64,000 nucleotides of DNA. It comes from Selaginella moellendorffii. Its lineage: Eukaryota; Plantae; Lycopodiophyta. The stretch spans positions 833,430 through 897,429 of the forward strand of contig NW_003314313.1 in the NCBI RefSeq assembly GCF_000143415.4. The letters are read 5' to 3'. The position numbers and the translations under genes were made by a program. Positions 23,770-36,299 of the stretch are shown here, one piece after another (position 1 is the stretch's first letter; each line of letters begins with the position of its first letter). Below the pieces are notes generated by a model. It searched no databases and was not told the origin of the DNA. It saw only the letters and a program-made list of their open reading frames with translations.

Positions 23770-26700
23770 GAAACTGTGACAGACGTGAACTTCCAAGTTG
23801 GGGAGAGATACTCAGATTTCCTCAAGGTTTTAAAACTTTATTTATATTGTACTGTATGGGTGCGTCTCAATGATTTTTCCTTTCCATTGTTTCCGGTAGG
23901 AAGCCAAAGGTCTTACTGAAGGGGAAGCTGAAAAGCGTTTAGTAGAACTTGGTCCAAATGAAACGCCGCTCATGATGTTTATGGTGGCACTGGGCGCTGC
24001 GATAACCATTTACAATCGACGTCGAGGCCAGTTCATGATAGCCAAGGTAAAGCGTTGTGAATCAGTTTCAGATGGTTGGGAAACGTCCTTTCTTGTTTTC
24101 AGATCACTGAGTATGATACGCACGCAAGTTGAAGCTCTGCAAAGCCGTCAATGGATAAACCTTGCTTCGCGAAACTTGGTACCCGGCGATGTGATCAAGC
24201 TGAAAAGCGGCCGGGTGCTTCCGTGCGATCTACTGATCATCAAAGGTTTGAAACCGTCTGTTTCTCGGTTTTTAACTAGCTTCGAAAAGGCTCCTGTGTT
24301 TGTGACGAGAGTGCTTTGACTGGTGAGCCCATGCCAGTGCAAAAATACGCTGCTCCCAAGGCCGACGTGATTCGAGCAGGACAGGACCATGATGATGCTC
24401 TCGCAATCGTCGTGGAGACAGGTATATGCTTTTGCCATGGTTTTTTTCTTTTACTAAGGAACGTATTTACGCATTTTTCTGTGACCCGGTATGCAAAGGC
24501 GAACTGCTTGCGACGATTCTGTGCCCTCAAAAGCTCATCTTCAAATACGATGAGGAGCTTCCCTGCCTCCATGTTATCTACGCTTTGGTGTGTCCATAAA
24601 GTGTCAGGTATATATTGATGATTCTCTATATGAAATCATTTTTCCAAACTGTCTCTATTGTGGACCAGAACATGAACGGACAGCAGAGTATTTGGGTGAG
24701 AAAGTGGATCTACTGTTGATGATATTCTTTTCCTGGACTGGCCACATGTCATGAAAGTTTGGAAAGGACTTGGTTGGAAACCAGGTTTAGTAATTTTCCC
24801 CAGAAAAGTTTGGATGTTAAGTCTCTGCCTTTTGTGACAGGTGGTAATGTTCTCAGCTGTGGGATGGAATTTGATAGAGTCCGTAAACAGTCCCCCAGTC
24901 GTTTCAGATGGTTCCGGATCACGGACCTTTAGAATCGTGAGACGAAACGAGTTTGATCAATCGAGAGCAATAATGTGTTGTTGTGGAGGACAACGCTGGA
25001 AACTTTCACATCTACTGCAAGGTTCTTGCGTCTAGCATTCGCAAGCCTTCACTCATCAATATTTCCGTTCAAGCATGGCAGGGTTCTTTCCAAAAGATTA
25101 AGGAGCTGAGCGACGCTCAAAGGACTATGAGGACAGAGCACGGCTCCAAGCTCTGCGCGGTTGTTATGTTCTTGGTTTAAGCTACAGGTGCACGCTGTTT
25201 CCTCAGTCTTTCAGGCTTTTTATACTGTTTTCTTCCAATGGCTTATTGCTGAACCTTGCAGATACGTTGGCTGATATCTGGCATTTGAAGATATGTAAGG
25301 AATGAATACCTGAATTTTATATCTCTGGTCTTGTTTAGGAACGAGCTCAAGCCGGATAACTCTGCAGCTATTCAATGTCTCAAAGCTGGAAAGGTACGTT
25401 GTCTATATTGATTATGCTGGAAAACGAAATGCTCGTGGTCGATAGGTTCGTCCCGTGATGGTTACCGGTGATAATGCTCAATGCGGCCACTATATTGGTA
25501 AACAGGCTGGTATGCTCTCATCTGACTGTAAGATACTACTGGGTGATATAAGGGACGACAACAGATAGCTTTGTCTCTGTAGCGTGGTATGGTCTCCTCT
25601 GGGTGGTAGTAAAGTGACTACGGGTATAAGCCGCATGTCCACCGAAGAATTACTTCAAAGTAGAGCGAGCTCACTTGAGGACGGGACCTTGGAACTTGCG
25701 GTTACGGGTAAAGCGTTTATCGCTTACAAGAATCCAAGGATGGACGACCTACTTCTTTACACACGAATCTTGCAAGATTCACTCCTTCCGATGAGGTCCA
25801 GTTTGTTCTCTTATTATAATAGTCTCATGCGGTTGTGGACTTGCAGGAGAAAGTGGTAACTATGCATAGAAACCGTGGCCTAATCGTGCGAATGTGTGGT
25901 GACGGTGGAAACGATTGTGGAGCGCTAAGGGCCGCTCACGCCGGCATTGCTTTAAGTGCTGCAGAAGCATCGGTGGTGTCTCCATTTACTGCCAGAACAA
26001 ATCGGTCAGTTCAAGCTTTTTTTCTCAAGCAATCGCGCAAAGTTGATGTTTTCTTTGTAGGTCCAAGCCGTGGTATATTTACTACGTGAAGCGCGAGGTG
26101 CTCTCCATACGTCGTTCGCATGCTACAAGTTTCTGATTATTTATGGCCTCCAGTTCTCAATATTTAAGCTTTGTTGTTATTGGTAAGCTTGGACTTCCGA
26201 GATCTTAACGCTTTCAATCCAGGTTTGGGATCATAGCCTGCCGAATGGACTTCATATTTATTGATGGCGTAGCTGTGCTTAGCATTGGTTATGCCAGGTC
26301 TCGGTGCAATGCTGAAAAAAATACTCAACAAGGTTCCTACTCTTCTCTCACCTTGAGTCTATGAAATGTTTAACCGTAGTTTGCTTGGGCCTTTGAATGT
26401 AGCATCGGTGTTGGGGCTCTGGGGAAGCAGTGTTCCTGGTGGCTTCAATTTTTTTCATGGCAGGCCAGAAGAATTACGTGAAATGGCCAGCACAGTAGGT
26501 GATTGGTGTTGTAAAGTTCGTGCTTAAAGTGTCGTTTGTTTCAGATACTCTCATGGTGCAAGCTGGTGGATGCTGACCACAGCGTTGCTCTTCACAATGT
26601 ATTTCCAGTTCATCACGTCCGCATTCGTGGTCTCGTTTGGCTCCCAAGTTTCGAAAGAACGTATTCAAAAACTTGTCTTTGATGATAAGTCTTCTAATTT

Positions 26701-26770
26701 CAAGTAGTTTCAAGCACTTAAGTCTTTTCCACGCAGGTTTCGTACTGATCATGCTCTTGTCTGCTTCTTC
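23770..26770 (+). pseudogene. P5B (ATP13A-like) cation-transporting ATPase pseudogene with internal deletions
   Basis: [98 protein letters not shown]4/DKTGT missing. Frameshifts present. Confidence 0.88.
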
Positions 26771-28294
26771 CTCACAACAAGTTCAGGGAAGTATGGCTGC
26801 AACGCCCATTGATGATGATGAGTTTAAGGCCCGCTTCCTCGAGCATAGTAAGATGACGGAAACATCTTCCATGGCCGAGCTCCTGGTTTTCCATGAGAAA
26901 GCCTCTCATTCTTTCCACAACTAAGTCATATCTCTGTGTTTTCTTCCAGGAAAATGGTGGACAGCCTTCGTCGGCTATGAGCTTTGATTTCCGTTTCAAG
27001 CTAAAAGCGGCCTGAGCATATTCTTAGAATCGTTCGCAAACGATGTACGATAGTACTTTAACGTCCTGATTTTAAGATTTGGGCATTTTGCTTTCGTTCT
27101 GGATTGGATTTAGCTAGGTTTTCTTCTGCGCTTCTGACAAAGACGAGCTCCAAATTCCCGCTGCTGCTAGTGTCGCCGAGGTCAAGACGACGATCTTACG
27201 CTCCGTGTCTGACACAAATCGTGGCAAGGTGAGATTTTCTTTCCCACGCTTCTCTTTTTCTACCTGATTTCACCAAGACGTTCTGAGAAAGTGCATGTAC
27301 ACATGAATCAGCATCGTATAAGGTACTGCACTGACTTTTTTCTTTTTAATTTCCTCGAGAACTTCCCTCGCTAATCCCAGCTTTCCTTCTCGTGACAGCA
27401 TCCTGAGATGTTTTGCTCGTGGAACTTGCACTCCCGACTTTGATTCGCGATCCTCGAGCTTGATTAATCTGGGAAGGAAAAGAAAGAAGAAAGCAAAACG
27501 GTGAGTTCTTTCGTTTGTTTCGAGCCAAAGCTGACCTGTCTCGTTCCACAGGTAAACCGATTCTTGACAAGGCCGACCAGTTCCTCCGTATTCCATTATT
27601 TTCTTCTTCGTCTTTCGATCCTTTGACGTTGGTGCTACTTCCGGGCCTCGGATTCACTGGCTGCTGCTGGACATCCATTAAATCCAAGTCCCAAGCTCCG
27701 TACTGGGGGTTTTCCATCCGGACTTGCTCTGGAGGAACAACGTTAGCAGTGCTATGGGAGCTTTGGTGGGCTTTGTGACGAGGGAAACTCTTTGCTGCGA
27801 AAGAAGAATTACTGATGCAAATCTTTGAGGTTGCTCGCAGCTCTTTGGAAAAGTTTTACAGGCTTAGTCGACTGTTTGGTGGGGCTGGTCACCATCTACC
27901 TGGACGAGTAGACAAACCGCCTGTAATCCTGTCCAGGATATTGGCTTGGTTCCAATCAAACATTACACTGAAGTTACCTGTCCCGACTGGATCGTTTATA
28001 TGCGTTGAAAACTATGCACGCCCCGGTCGCAGCATCGCAGCAAACTTAGAAAGTGGACCCACGGCATTAGTTGTGACAATCCAAAGGAGCAACACAGGAC
28101 CAAGGCACAGAGAACTTAGAGCTCAGCGTCTCAAACGCATTTTAGATCAAGAGAAACAAGCACAGATGACTGTGGAAATGCATTTAGACAAGAAGCACGA
28201 TCTACATCGAGGAACTAGAATCAGTAAACTAACCTTCTGTGCAAGCAGTAAAGCATTATAACGAACGGAAGGATCTCCATTTCTTTCTGCCAAA

Positions 28295-28475
28295 ATGTTC
28301 GACAACACACAAAACGTCCTGGATTCATGATGAAGTTTTAGTCCCGGCTCAAACTTTAAAATAAACCTGGAAGCTCACCACACAGGAAGGATAAAGATGG
28401 AACGAAGACTCACACTTTGGTGAGCTTTTTGGCCGTGTCTAAAAGCCCAAGCTTGAAGACACAAACTTGGTGCCA
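28295..28475 (-). pseudogene. Second SSB gene fragment
   Basis: ctttggtgagctttttggccgtgtctaaaagcccaagcttgaagac.caaact.ggtgcca matches 60175-60234 and shares the same internal deletion as the 16.9-17.1 kb copy. Confidence 0.8.
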
Positions 28476-28689
28476 AGTTTCTTCTTGTTATTGTAAAGTC
28501 TGCTAAGGATATCATCATCCTTTGAGTACTTCATTTGGAGTTCCACTCCCACTCTCGACTTTCCAAATCAGAACCTTAGATCCAAACATATTACACTTGT
28601 TGGACTTTTGCTTTAACCACTACTAATGTCTCAATGGAGTCTCTAAAAAAGGACATAAAGACTGACACATGATAAGTGTTGTGACACAG

Positions 28690-29040
28690 GAAAGTGTCAA
28701 AAACAAGTCTAAAATGGAGTCTGAGATGAAGTCCGATATGAATTCAAAATGGTCTTAATATGGACTTGAGATGGAGTCCGAGATGAAGTCTAAGATGAAC
28801 CTGAGATGGAGTCCAAGATAGACCTGAGATAGAGTCCAAGATAGAGTCTAAGATTGAGTCTGAGATGGATCTGAGATAGAGTTTGAGATGGACTTGAGAT
28901 GGAGTCTGAGGTCGAGTCTAAGATAAAGTCCAAGGTCAAGATGGAGTTTGAGGTCAAGACCGAGACCGAGACTGAGACCGAAACTAAGACTAAGTCTAAG
29001 ACCAAGTTTGAGACCGAGTCCGAATCTAAGTTTGAGTCCG
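28690..29040. repeat. Degenerate tandem repeat with 6/12-bp period (GAGTCYGAGATG-like)
   Basis: Directly visible. It yields the low-complexity Ser/Asp ORF 28790-. Confidence 0.8.
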
Positions 29041-29149
29041 AGGGTGAAAGCCTAAAGCGTTTGTCTCGTAGACCCTGAGGGGTTTGGTGAGCTTCAAAAG
29101 TATGGTAGGGGGAAGACTCTAGTGGAATTAATTTGGCCAAGAAAAACCA

Positions 29150-32100
29150 ATGTGACCAAAGAAAGCTATACTCATATGTTGGGTGATGATAAAACCATTA
29201 AAGAGTCCAAGGTTAGAGTGAATATAGACAAAAGGGTAAGTTTGGTGAAGTGTTCAAAAGTTGACTCTAGCTCCCTTGGAAAATCAAATGGTCGATGCTC
29301 CCAATCCAAGTATGGGTGGCACTATCTATTTGGATACCTAGCTTGGCTCATTGGAACCTCGCTCTAGCCACATAGCTAAGGCACCTAAAGGTGGAAGGTG
29401 AGAAAAGTACTCACGAGGCTTGTATAAGGCTATGATGTTTTGAAATGTCATCCCAAAGTCCTAGACTATGGAAAGGAAGAGGTGATGTCCTCTAATATAG
29501 TGACAAAGGATATAGTCATATAGTGAGGAAGTCCCAGAAGTCAAAGAGACTTAGTGGTCGGGCTTTTGAGCTCAAACCCAATGGTGGTGTTGGCAAGCAT
29601 TGCCAGAGACAAAAAGGGAGTTGGTAGGGATTAAAAAAAGGATATGGAGGAAAGGTGTTTCATGTCTTTGGGCATATTAAAGATGCTAAAGTGTGGTTAT
29701 TGGATGACCACTTATGGATAGATGGTCTAATTTGGGGAGATGGGATTATGGTGCAGGTGGTCTTGGACTATATATGTGACAAAAGGGGAATGGACATGGT
29801 TTTAGCATAACAAGTAGATATGTCGATGGTACCTTTGGGTGTCAGTCATGGGATTGGACAAATTGAGCACTTGGACCAAGTGCAAAGGTTAAGTGGAATA
29901 AATGCCATTTATGGGGATAGCAAATCCTTAAGTCCGAAATAGGATTTATGGAGGTTGTGAGTGAGACTCCTCCAAGTAGTTGGTGGTGTGGTTAAGTGAC
30001 TAAAGTAAAATGGTATCAAAAGTATTCCTTAATCTGACTCTTATTGGTAATCAAATATATCACCACTTGATATTGGCATTGGAAAGTCCTAAGAGTGGGT
30101 TTTCCTCAAAGAGTAGTATGTCAAAAGGGCATGATTCTCCACCTTAGTTCATAAATGAACATATTGGCAATATGGTCAAATTGTATATCTTTTAGCTTAA
30201 GCTATGCCAATCCCATTTCCATTGGGATTCCTTTGGAAAAGGGTTCTCATGAAAGGGGTTAATAAGGGAACAACTTTAAGATCTTTGGAACAATAAAAGG
30301 TTTTGCTTAAAAAGTTGAGGATATAATCTATATAAGCGTTTGATTTAGCAAATTGGTTAATATGGTTGTGATAAACAACTACAATTGGGATCACGAGAAT
30401 GATGGAAACTCCTAGATGATAAAGGAGTTATGAGATTATCCTCATATAATTGAGGATGGTGCTCTAGAATTTGAGATTGGAATTAGTGACTATAAGAGGT
30501 CAAATATGGATGAAGACACTAGTCCTTGAAATGGTAGTTGGGGCTACTTTTAATAAATGCTAGAACAAACCTAAAGAATTGGGGGTATACTTAGAGGATG
30601 AGTTAGTATTTTTATGATATGGACGGATAGTCCTAATGGGCAAAAATAGCCCACAGAAAACAAAAAATAATTAAATGTTAGAGTAACACTTGCTGCAGAT
30701 GGTTCTTATAAGTAGGACATGAATACAAGAAGTTGTATTTCAGAGAATTGACACATCAAAAATATATATGAGGCTAAGACTTTATGGGTTGTCAAATTAG
30801 CAAAGTCCAAAAAGCTAGATGACTCGAGTGGAGTCAAGGAATGGTCCTAAAAGACTAGTGGAAGCATTTGGACGAAGGTGTGTTACATCTTACGAAAGAT
30901 GAGAAGGATCATAAGATCCAAGTATGAGAATAATGGGTATTTTATTGATGGCAAAATGTGCCATACTAAAGTCATGGGAAATGTGTTCCCGGAAGAAAGC
31001 AACTTTGGCATAGAGTTGTGTGTGAACACCATAGTGTAGTGTTAATTGATAGTTGGCATGAGAAACAACTGCTTTGGTCCTGGCAAAGACTTAAACATAA
31101 GTGGAGAGTATCGTGAAAGTAGGCTTGTGAAGCTGACCCCAAATGTCTCAAGAGATAAGGCCTTAAAGTCAAGTTAGCTAGTTGTGTGTGGACCTAAATA
31201 ATGATGGAGATATGGAAACACCAACAATGAGTTGTATATGGCATAATTGATTGGATTGGTAGAAGTTAACTTCCCAAAACTTTTTGTTGGGATAAGAAGG
31301 TTAGATATATCCCAAGGGGGGATAAATTGTTTATGTTAGGATATAATAAATTAATGTTATAAAGGGAAATGCTCATTATCAAGGAAGGTTATCATTAGGA
31401 CACTTAAACACTCTAGAACACTAGGAAATGATGTTTGATATCATGAGGGCCTTAGATAATGCCCAAGGGACTAAATCCTAATGAATAATAGATAAAAGGT
31501 GCTATTTAATGTCTAAAGTTGTGGAAGTATGAGAAGTCCGTTTATTTGAATTGGACAAAACCAAAAAGGGATTTTGGCATGGTTAGCAATGGGTATAAAG
31601 AGGCCCATGTAGAATGACATTAATCTTAGTGTGTGGGATTATAAGGTGAGTATGTTTGGATTTATGAATGACTCTCTAAACTATAGGGTAAATCCATCCC
31701 TAAGAATACTCTAAAGCATGGTAGATAGTGCAAAGTTATCCTTCTAGTCTGGAAGAGAATAACCAAAGAAAACATGTGATAGCAAAAATAAGTAGTAAAA
31801 AGATAGAACTAAATCATAGAAAGCGAAGGGCATAACTAAGGGTGGTTATGAAAATTAGGAGTGGAGGATCAAGTGGGTGCTTGAATATGTTGTTATTATC
31901 AACCATAATGCTATGGAGAGTATAATGAAGACATATGTGAAACTCACGCAAATATCGAGCATCATCCCAAGAATGATATGCTCATTGCTATAGTTTCAAG
32001 GTTCCCAATTGGTTTTATTGTAGATCGAATTGCATAATCCATCTAAAGTTAATCCCATCATCTATGTGAGCTTGTGACTAGGAAGTCATATGGATGTTAT

Positions 32101-32150
32101 AACAAATAAATATGCCACTAAATCCTCAAGATTTGGTCCATTTCCTATAA
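29150..32150 (-). mobile_element. Highly decayed Ty1/Copia-like retrotransposon remnant
   Basis: Minus-strand traces: LHKSYFGLK (about 29930-29960; cf. LKKSLYGLKQ), FQRNPNG (RT start), DVTHLRP (about 30870-30890; cf. DVSHLRVFG), LLGLPHYMTIS. Many stops. No LTRs recognised. Confidence 0.5.
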
Positions 32151-32399
32151 CCTAACCTTTCATATAAGTATGTATAAAGGTTTGTTGTAAAATAGAAATG
32201 ACTAAGTCATTCAAGCAAGTTTTACATAGAAGTATACATTTAGAGCCACTTCTTTTTACTAGCCAGATCATATAGTAACTCTTAGTGAAATTTGTTGTTG
32301 GAATTTGGGTAGCAATTGTTTCAAAACTCATCTACAATAGAAAGAGAATTAATAAAATAAAAACAATGCTAATACTTGCTCACCTAAGAAATAATTAGA

Positions 32400-34400
32400 G
32401 TCCCCCGATGTGAAAAACAAGTAAACCACCATACTAACTAAGTTTGTAGTTTTGGAATTGCTTTCTCATAAGCATTACCTTTAGCCCACCATAAATGTAT
32501 GAATTTATAATTTTTTTCTGCATCTTCTAAAGTGTTTACAGTTTTTAAACTTTAGCACAACTATTTATGCTTATCATAATATTCAACTTGAATGTTTTTC
32601 TCTATGTGTTCATGTAGACTCTACTCCTAATGGAATAGATAACTCCTCTTTCGGCCAAATAAAACCTTGTCTGGACCACTATTGTAGACAGTTGTAATAA
32701 CTTGTTAATTTACTTGTGCTTTATCACTTATTAAACTATAACACATTGTTGGTATTGAAAATCCTATTTCATCTTAGTATATTTTATTTAGTAGTGTCCA
32801 ATAAAGAATTTGAGTTGGTATATTTTTTCATTTCATTTCACAAATAGCTATGATCATCAAGGATTGCACTCTATATAAAAGAACATTATTAATATAATAA
32901 CTGAATAAATGCACATTTATCTTGGATCATATATAGTGGCAGTCATTGTAGACCATTTGGGAATTTTGTGCATATGATCGAAACACACTTAAGAGTATTA
33001 TAAATCCATATATAGCTACATTTGCTTAACAAGAACAACTCTACTTCTAATACCATCTATCAACATCTTGAAAACATCATATCATTCTTTGGCTTAACCT
33101 TGAATTAGTCCTCAAAAAGCAATGCTTTGGAAGAAGTTGTAGATAAACTCATTTTTAAGCTTTAAAATTGCATTGAGACTTGAAGAATTTTTTAAAAAAA
33201 GAGAGATTTTCTTTTGGAGTTTTCTATCATAATTCACATTCTACAAAGATATTTTAAAGTAAGTACAAAATAATATTTCAAATTGACTAGATCTTACTTT
33301 CATTTATTAGTAAGTGCTAAAAGACTATTTAGTGCTTTGCTCAATTGTTGGGGTGAAAGTGTTATAGTGTTTGAAATTGATCATAAGAAATTTTGAGGAA
33401 TTAAGTTGTTTACTACTTTAGTAGTTATAACTGCAAGTCAAGCTCTTGGAAATTAATCTACTACCTTTGAAACAATAGATCTAGCCACATCAAAAGACTC
33501 CAAACATGTCCTACTCGCCACTTGATGGTTATGCTGACTAACGTGAATTACTGCTCTTGTGAATGTCACATTGTTTGAGACAACATAAAAGATGTGAGCT
33601 CCACATTCTCCTTCACATCATGGAAACTTCTTGCAAATATGATATTTTATAAAACCAAGTTGCTATGTAAGTACTTCATATTGTTTAGGTTGAATATGTA
33701 ACATATCATAAAACTGTTTGCAATTGAACTCTTGAAACTGGTTGTAGTATAGGCAATTTAAGTTGAAGCATTGAAAGAATCTAACACAGTTACTCCTTTG
33801 AACTCTTTTAGTAAAGTCTCAAAGCTATAAGTTTCACCCAAACATCTCTATCTTGATCTTAGCACATCCCCTTTATAGAATTTTTAAAAGGTGGAAGCTT
33901 AAAAACAAAATCCCCCTTATTGGTTTTATAAAGTCTAAATTGATTCACAAAAGTTTCCACATTGATACTTTAAATCATTGTGCTTGTAACTTTTATAAGC
34001 TTTAGTAGCTCAAACACAAATCCACTTCCCACATATCCTTTTGTATCTACATTTTTTATTGAGCTTGCCACTAAAGAGTTTACTATTGCCAAGGATGCAC
34101 ATGACTCTTTCTCATTTGTTGTTGAAGAAAAAACCTCTTTACTCTAAGTTGCTACATCACTTAAACCTACCATAAACTCCTTTAATTAAAACTCTACTTA
34201 TACAATTGGATTTAGTGCAAAATACATTTTCCCACGTAAAGAAATCTTTGTTATTGTACCTCATACCTTTAGTTGTTTGTAACAGTTTAACCTGATCAAA
34301 ATAAAGCTTAAAGAAAGCATACAATGATCCTTTCTCTCTCACCGACTCCATTTCTAATGACAACTCTCTCCCTTAATATTTCATTATAACATCACTTGCT
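32400..34400 (-). mobile_element. Decayed Mutator-like (MULE) transposase
   Basis: Minus strand: CEGECGAHI..QHNH (zinc-finger-like), VFKML..VCFDHMHKIPKWSTMTATIYDP, LISDKAQVN*QVITTVYNSG..GRKRSYLFH*. These resemble the D..D..CxFH core of MULE transposases. Confidence 0.6.
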
Positions 34401-34689
34401 CACTCTTCAGCTATACTTAAAATGAGGGAAAACCAAAACACAACTTACAAGAAAAATCAAGTCATTAATGGTAGTAAATTCTTATAGCTATAACTTTATT
34501 TTGTTCTCTAAAATTGATTTAAAACTTTAAGGGGATCTAGGGCTGATGTCAGCATTAAAATTGGGTTAGGGTTTTTGGCAGCTAGGGTTTTTAAGCGAGA
34601 GATGGGTTCAGCATGGCGAGGAGCAGTAAGTACACAAGTAAGAAGCACTCTCTCACTGCCATGAGAATTGCCATGCCATCGTTCGATCT

Positions 34690-35120
34690 GTTGCAGCAGA
34701 TTGAGCTTGCCTAGCTCAGGCCGCCATGACCGTCGTGTGATGGGGTGTGGCGCTATGGCTCCCCCCATGGCAACATAGGCTGTGGCAACACCATGCACTG
34801 TAGAAGCTTGGACAGCACTATTGTGATTCTTGCAGCAACAGGAATCAGCTGCAAATCTAGCTGTTGCGTGAGAGTGAGCGACACCATGGCTCCTCCCATA
34901 GCAAGTCCAAGTGGTGGCACTTGCCACCACTTGAGCTGCCATGTGAGGGGGAGTGGCACCATGGCTCCCCCCACAGCAAGTCCAAGTGGTGGCGCTCGCC
35001 ACCACCCGAGCTGCCATGTGAGGGGAAGAGGCACCATGGCTCCCCCCATGGCAACTTGAGTGGTGGCAAGTGCCACCACTCAGACTTGCCACCTAAGTTG
35101 GGGCGGGGGGGGGGGGGCGG
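34690..35120. repeat. GC-rich array: two 75-bp direct units with internal palindromes, a third palindrome and a G-tract; probable transposon subterminal region
   Basis: gcaagtccaagtggtggc(a/g)ct(t/c)gccaccac..gagctgccatgtgagggg..ggcaccatggctcccccca at about 34901 and 34976. Palindrome gagtggtggcaagtgccaccactc at about 35058-35081. Confidence 0.8.
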
Positions 35121-35129
35121 CTTATAAAG

Positions 35130-35960
35130 AAATATGACAATAATGATCCAATTTAACTTTATTTAAGTGTTAGTTTTGTAAATGAATTTTGTGGGACTTT
35201 CAGCTGGTGTTTAGCCTTTGGGATGGCATTAGAGACAATTGAGATGGCGAAAGTGTTTTCTTAAGCTCACTTTATTCTAACTGAAGACTATATACTAGAG
35301 TCACGAATAGACTAGGGTTTCAAAGGCAAAAGTAGGTATTTTTTAGTTCTTGTGTTTCCTAATTAGTAATTGATTTTGCAATATAGATCAAAATTATTTC
35401 AATGTTATTGTTCCACAAGTGAATGGAAGCAAGGGAAAACATGGCTTTGCTTTTGAACCTTTCGTTAAATCTCCTTTAACATGAACCAACCAACTTTGCC
35501 ATGGATAACATTGAATGCAAAGCTTGGTAAGTCATTTCTTTTTAAACAAGAAAAATACCTTTAATATTTTTTACAAGTGACCTCTTTCGCAAAAGTTAGA
35601 AGCTTTGGCAGACATGGTTGTGCGACACCTTTGCTATAAGGGTGGTTGTATCCTTGACTTCTTCAATGGTACAAAGGCTTTCTTAATTGCTGCTTGACAC
35701 AATGATTGCAATGTCTTTGGATTAAATTGTAATCCCAACATCATGCATTAGTTTCAATGCATTATTATGAAGAAAGCTCCTAATGATATGCCACTCCATG
35801 TGAAGGTTGTACCTAAGTTTATAAAGAGGCATCTGGAGCATTATAACATACACATTAAGGAAAAGTCAACTTTTATGTCAAAGCTTATTAATGATCATGC
35901 ACAAGAGAAAAGAGAAAAATAAAAAAGATGAGAGAGAAGAAGAAAGCAACTTAGTTCTTC
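35130..35960 (+). pseudogene. N4-cytosine/N6-adenine DNA methyltransferase (N6_N4_Mtase, beta-type) remnant with introns, 5'-truncated
   Basis: 35581-35750 translates PLSQKLEALADMVVRHLCYKGGCILDFFNGTKAFLIAA*HNDCNVFGLNCNP, matching HPTQKPxxL...GxxVLDPFxGSGTTxxAAxxxGRxxxGxE. Intron-like segments at about 35332-35386 (GT-AG) and 35527-35577 (weak acceptor). Confidence 0.7.
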
Positions 35961-36299
35961 TATATGTGTGGATTGTGTATGGATTTGAGTTATAATTTAT
36001 TATAGTTATAATAATATCTAATATTATATAATAGTTTATAGTTACAACATAAAGCATAGTAATTACATGTTGTAGTAATTACATGATTTAATAAATAGTT
36101 ATAATGACTAAATATTTTTTAATATTAAATTATTACAAAATAATATTCTTTGCATATTTGGAAACAGCAATAAAAATTGGTAATATTCTTCAAAGTATTC
36201 TTTAAATGATAATGCATATTGTAATATAATCTTCTTTAGTCAGCTATTTTAGCTCCCCTAACTCCCTGTTGACTTGGCTCCCTCTTTGCCAAGCCCCCC

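Noticed and set aside
34508-35127. Several overlapping ORFs up to 194 aa
   Set aside because: Artefacts of the GC-rich 75-bp repeat with no recognisable domain.
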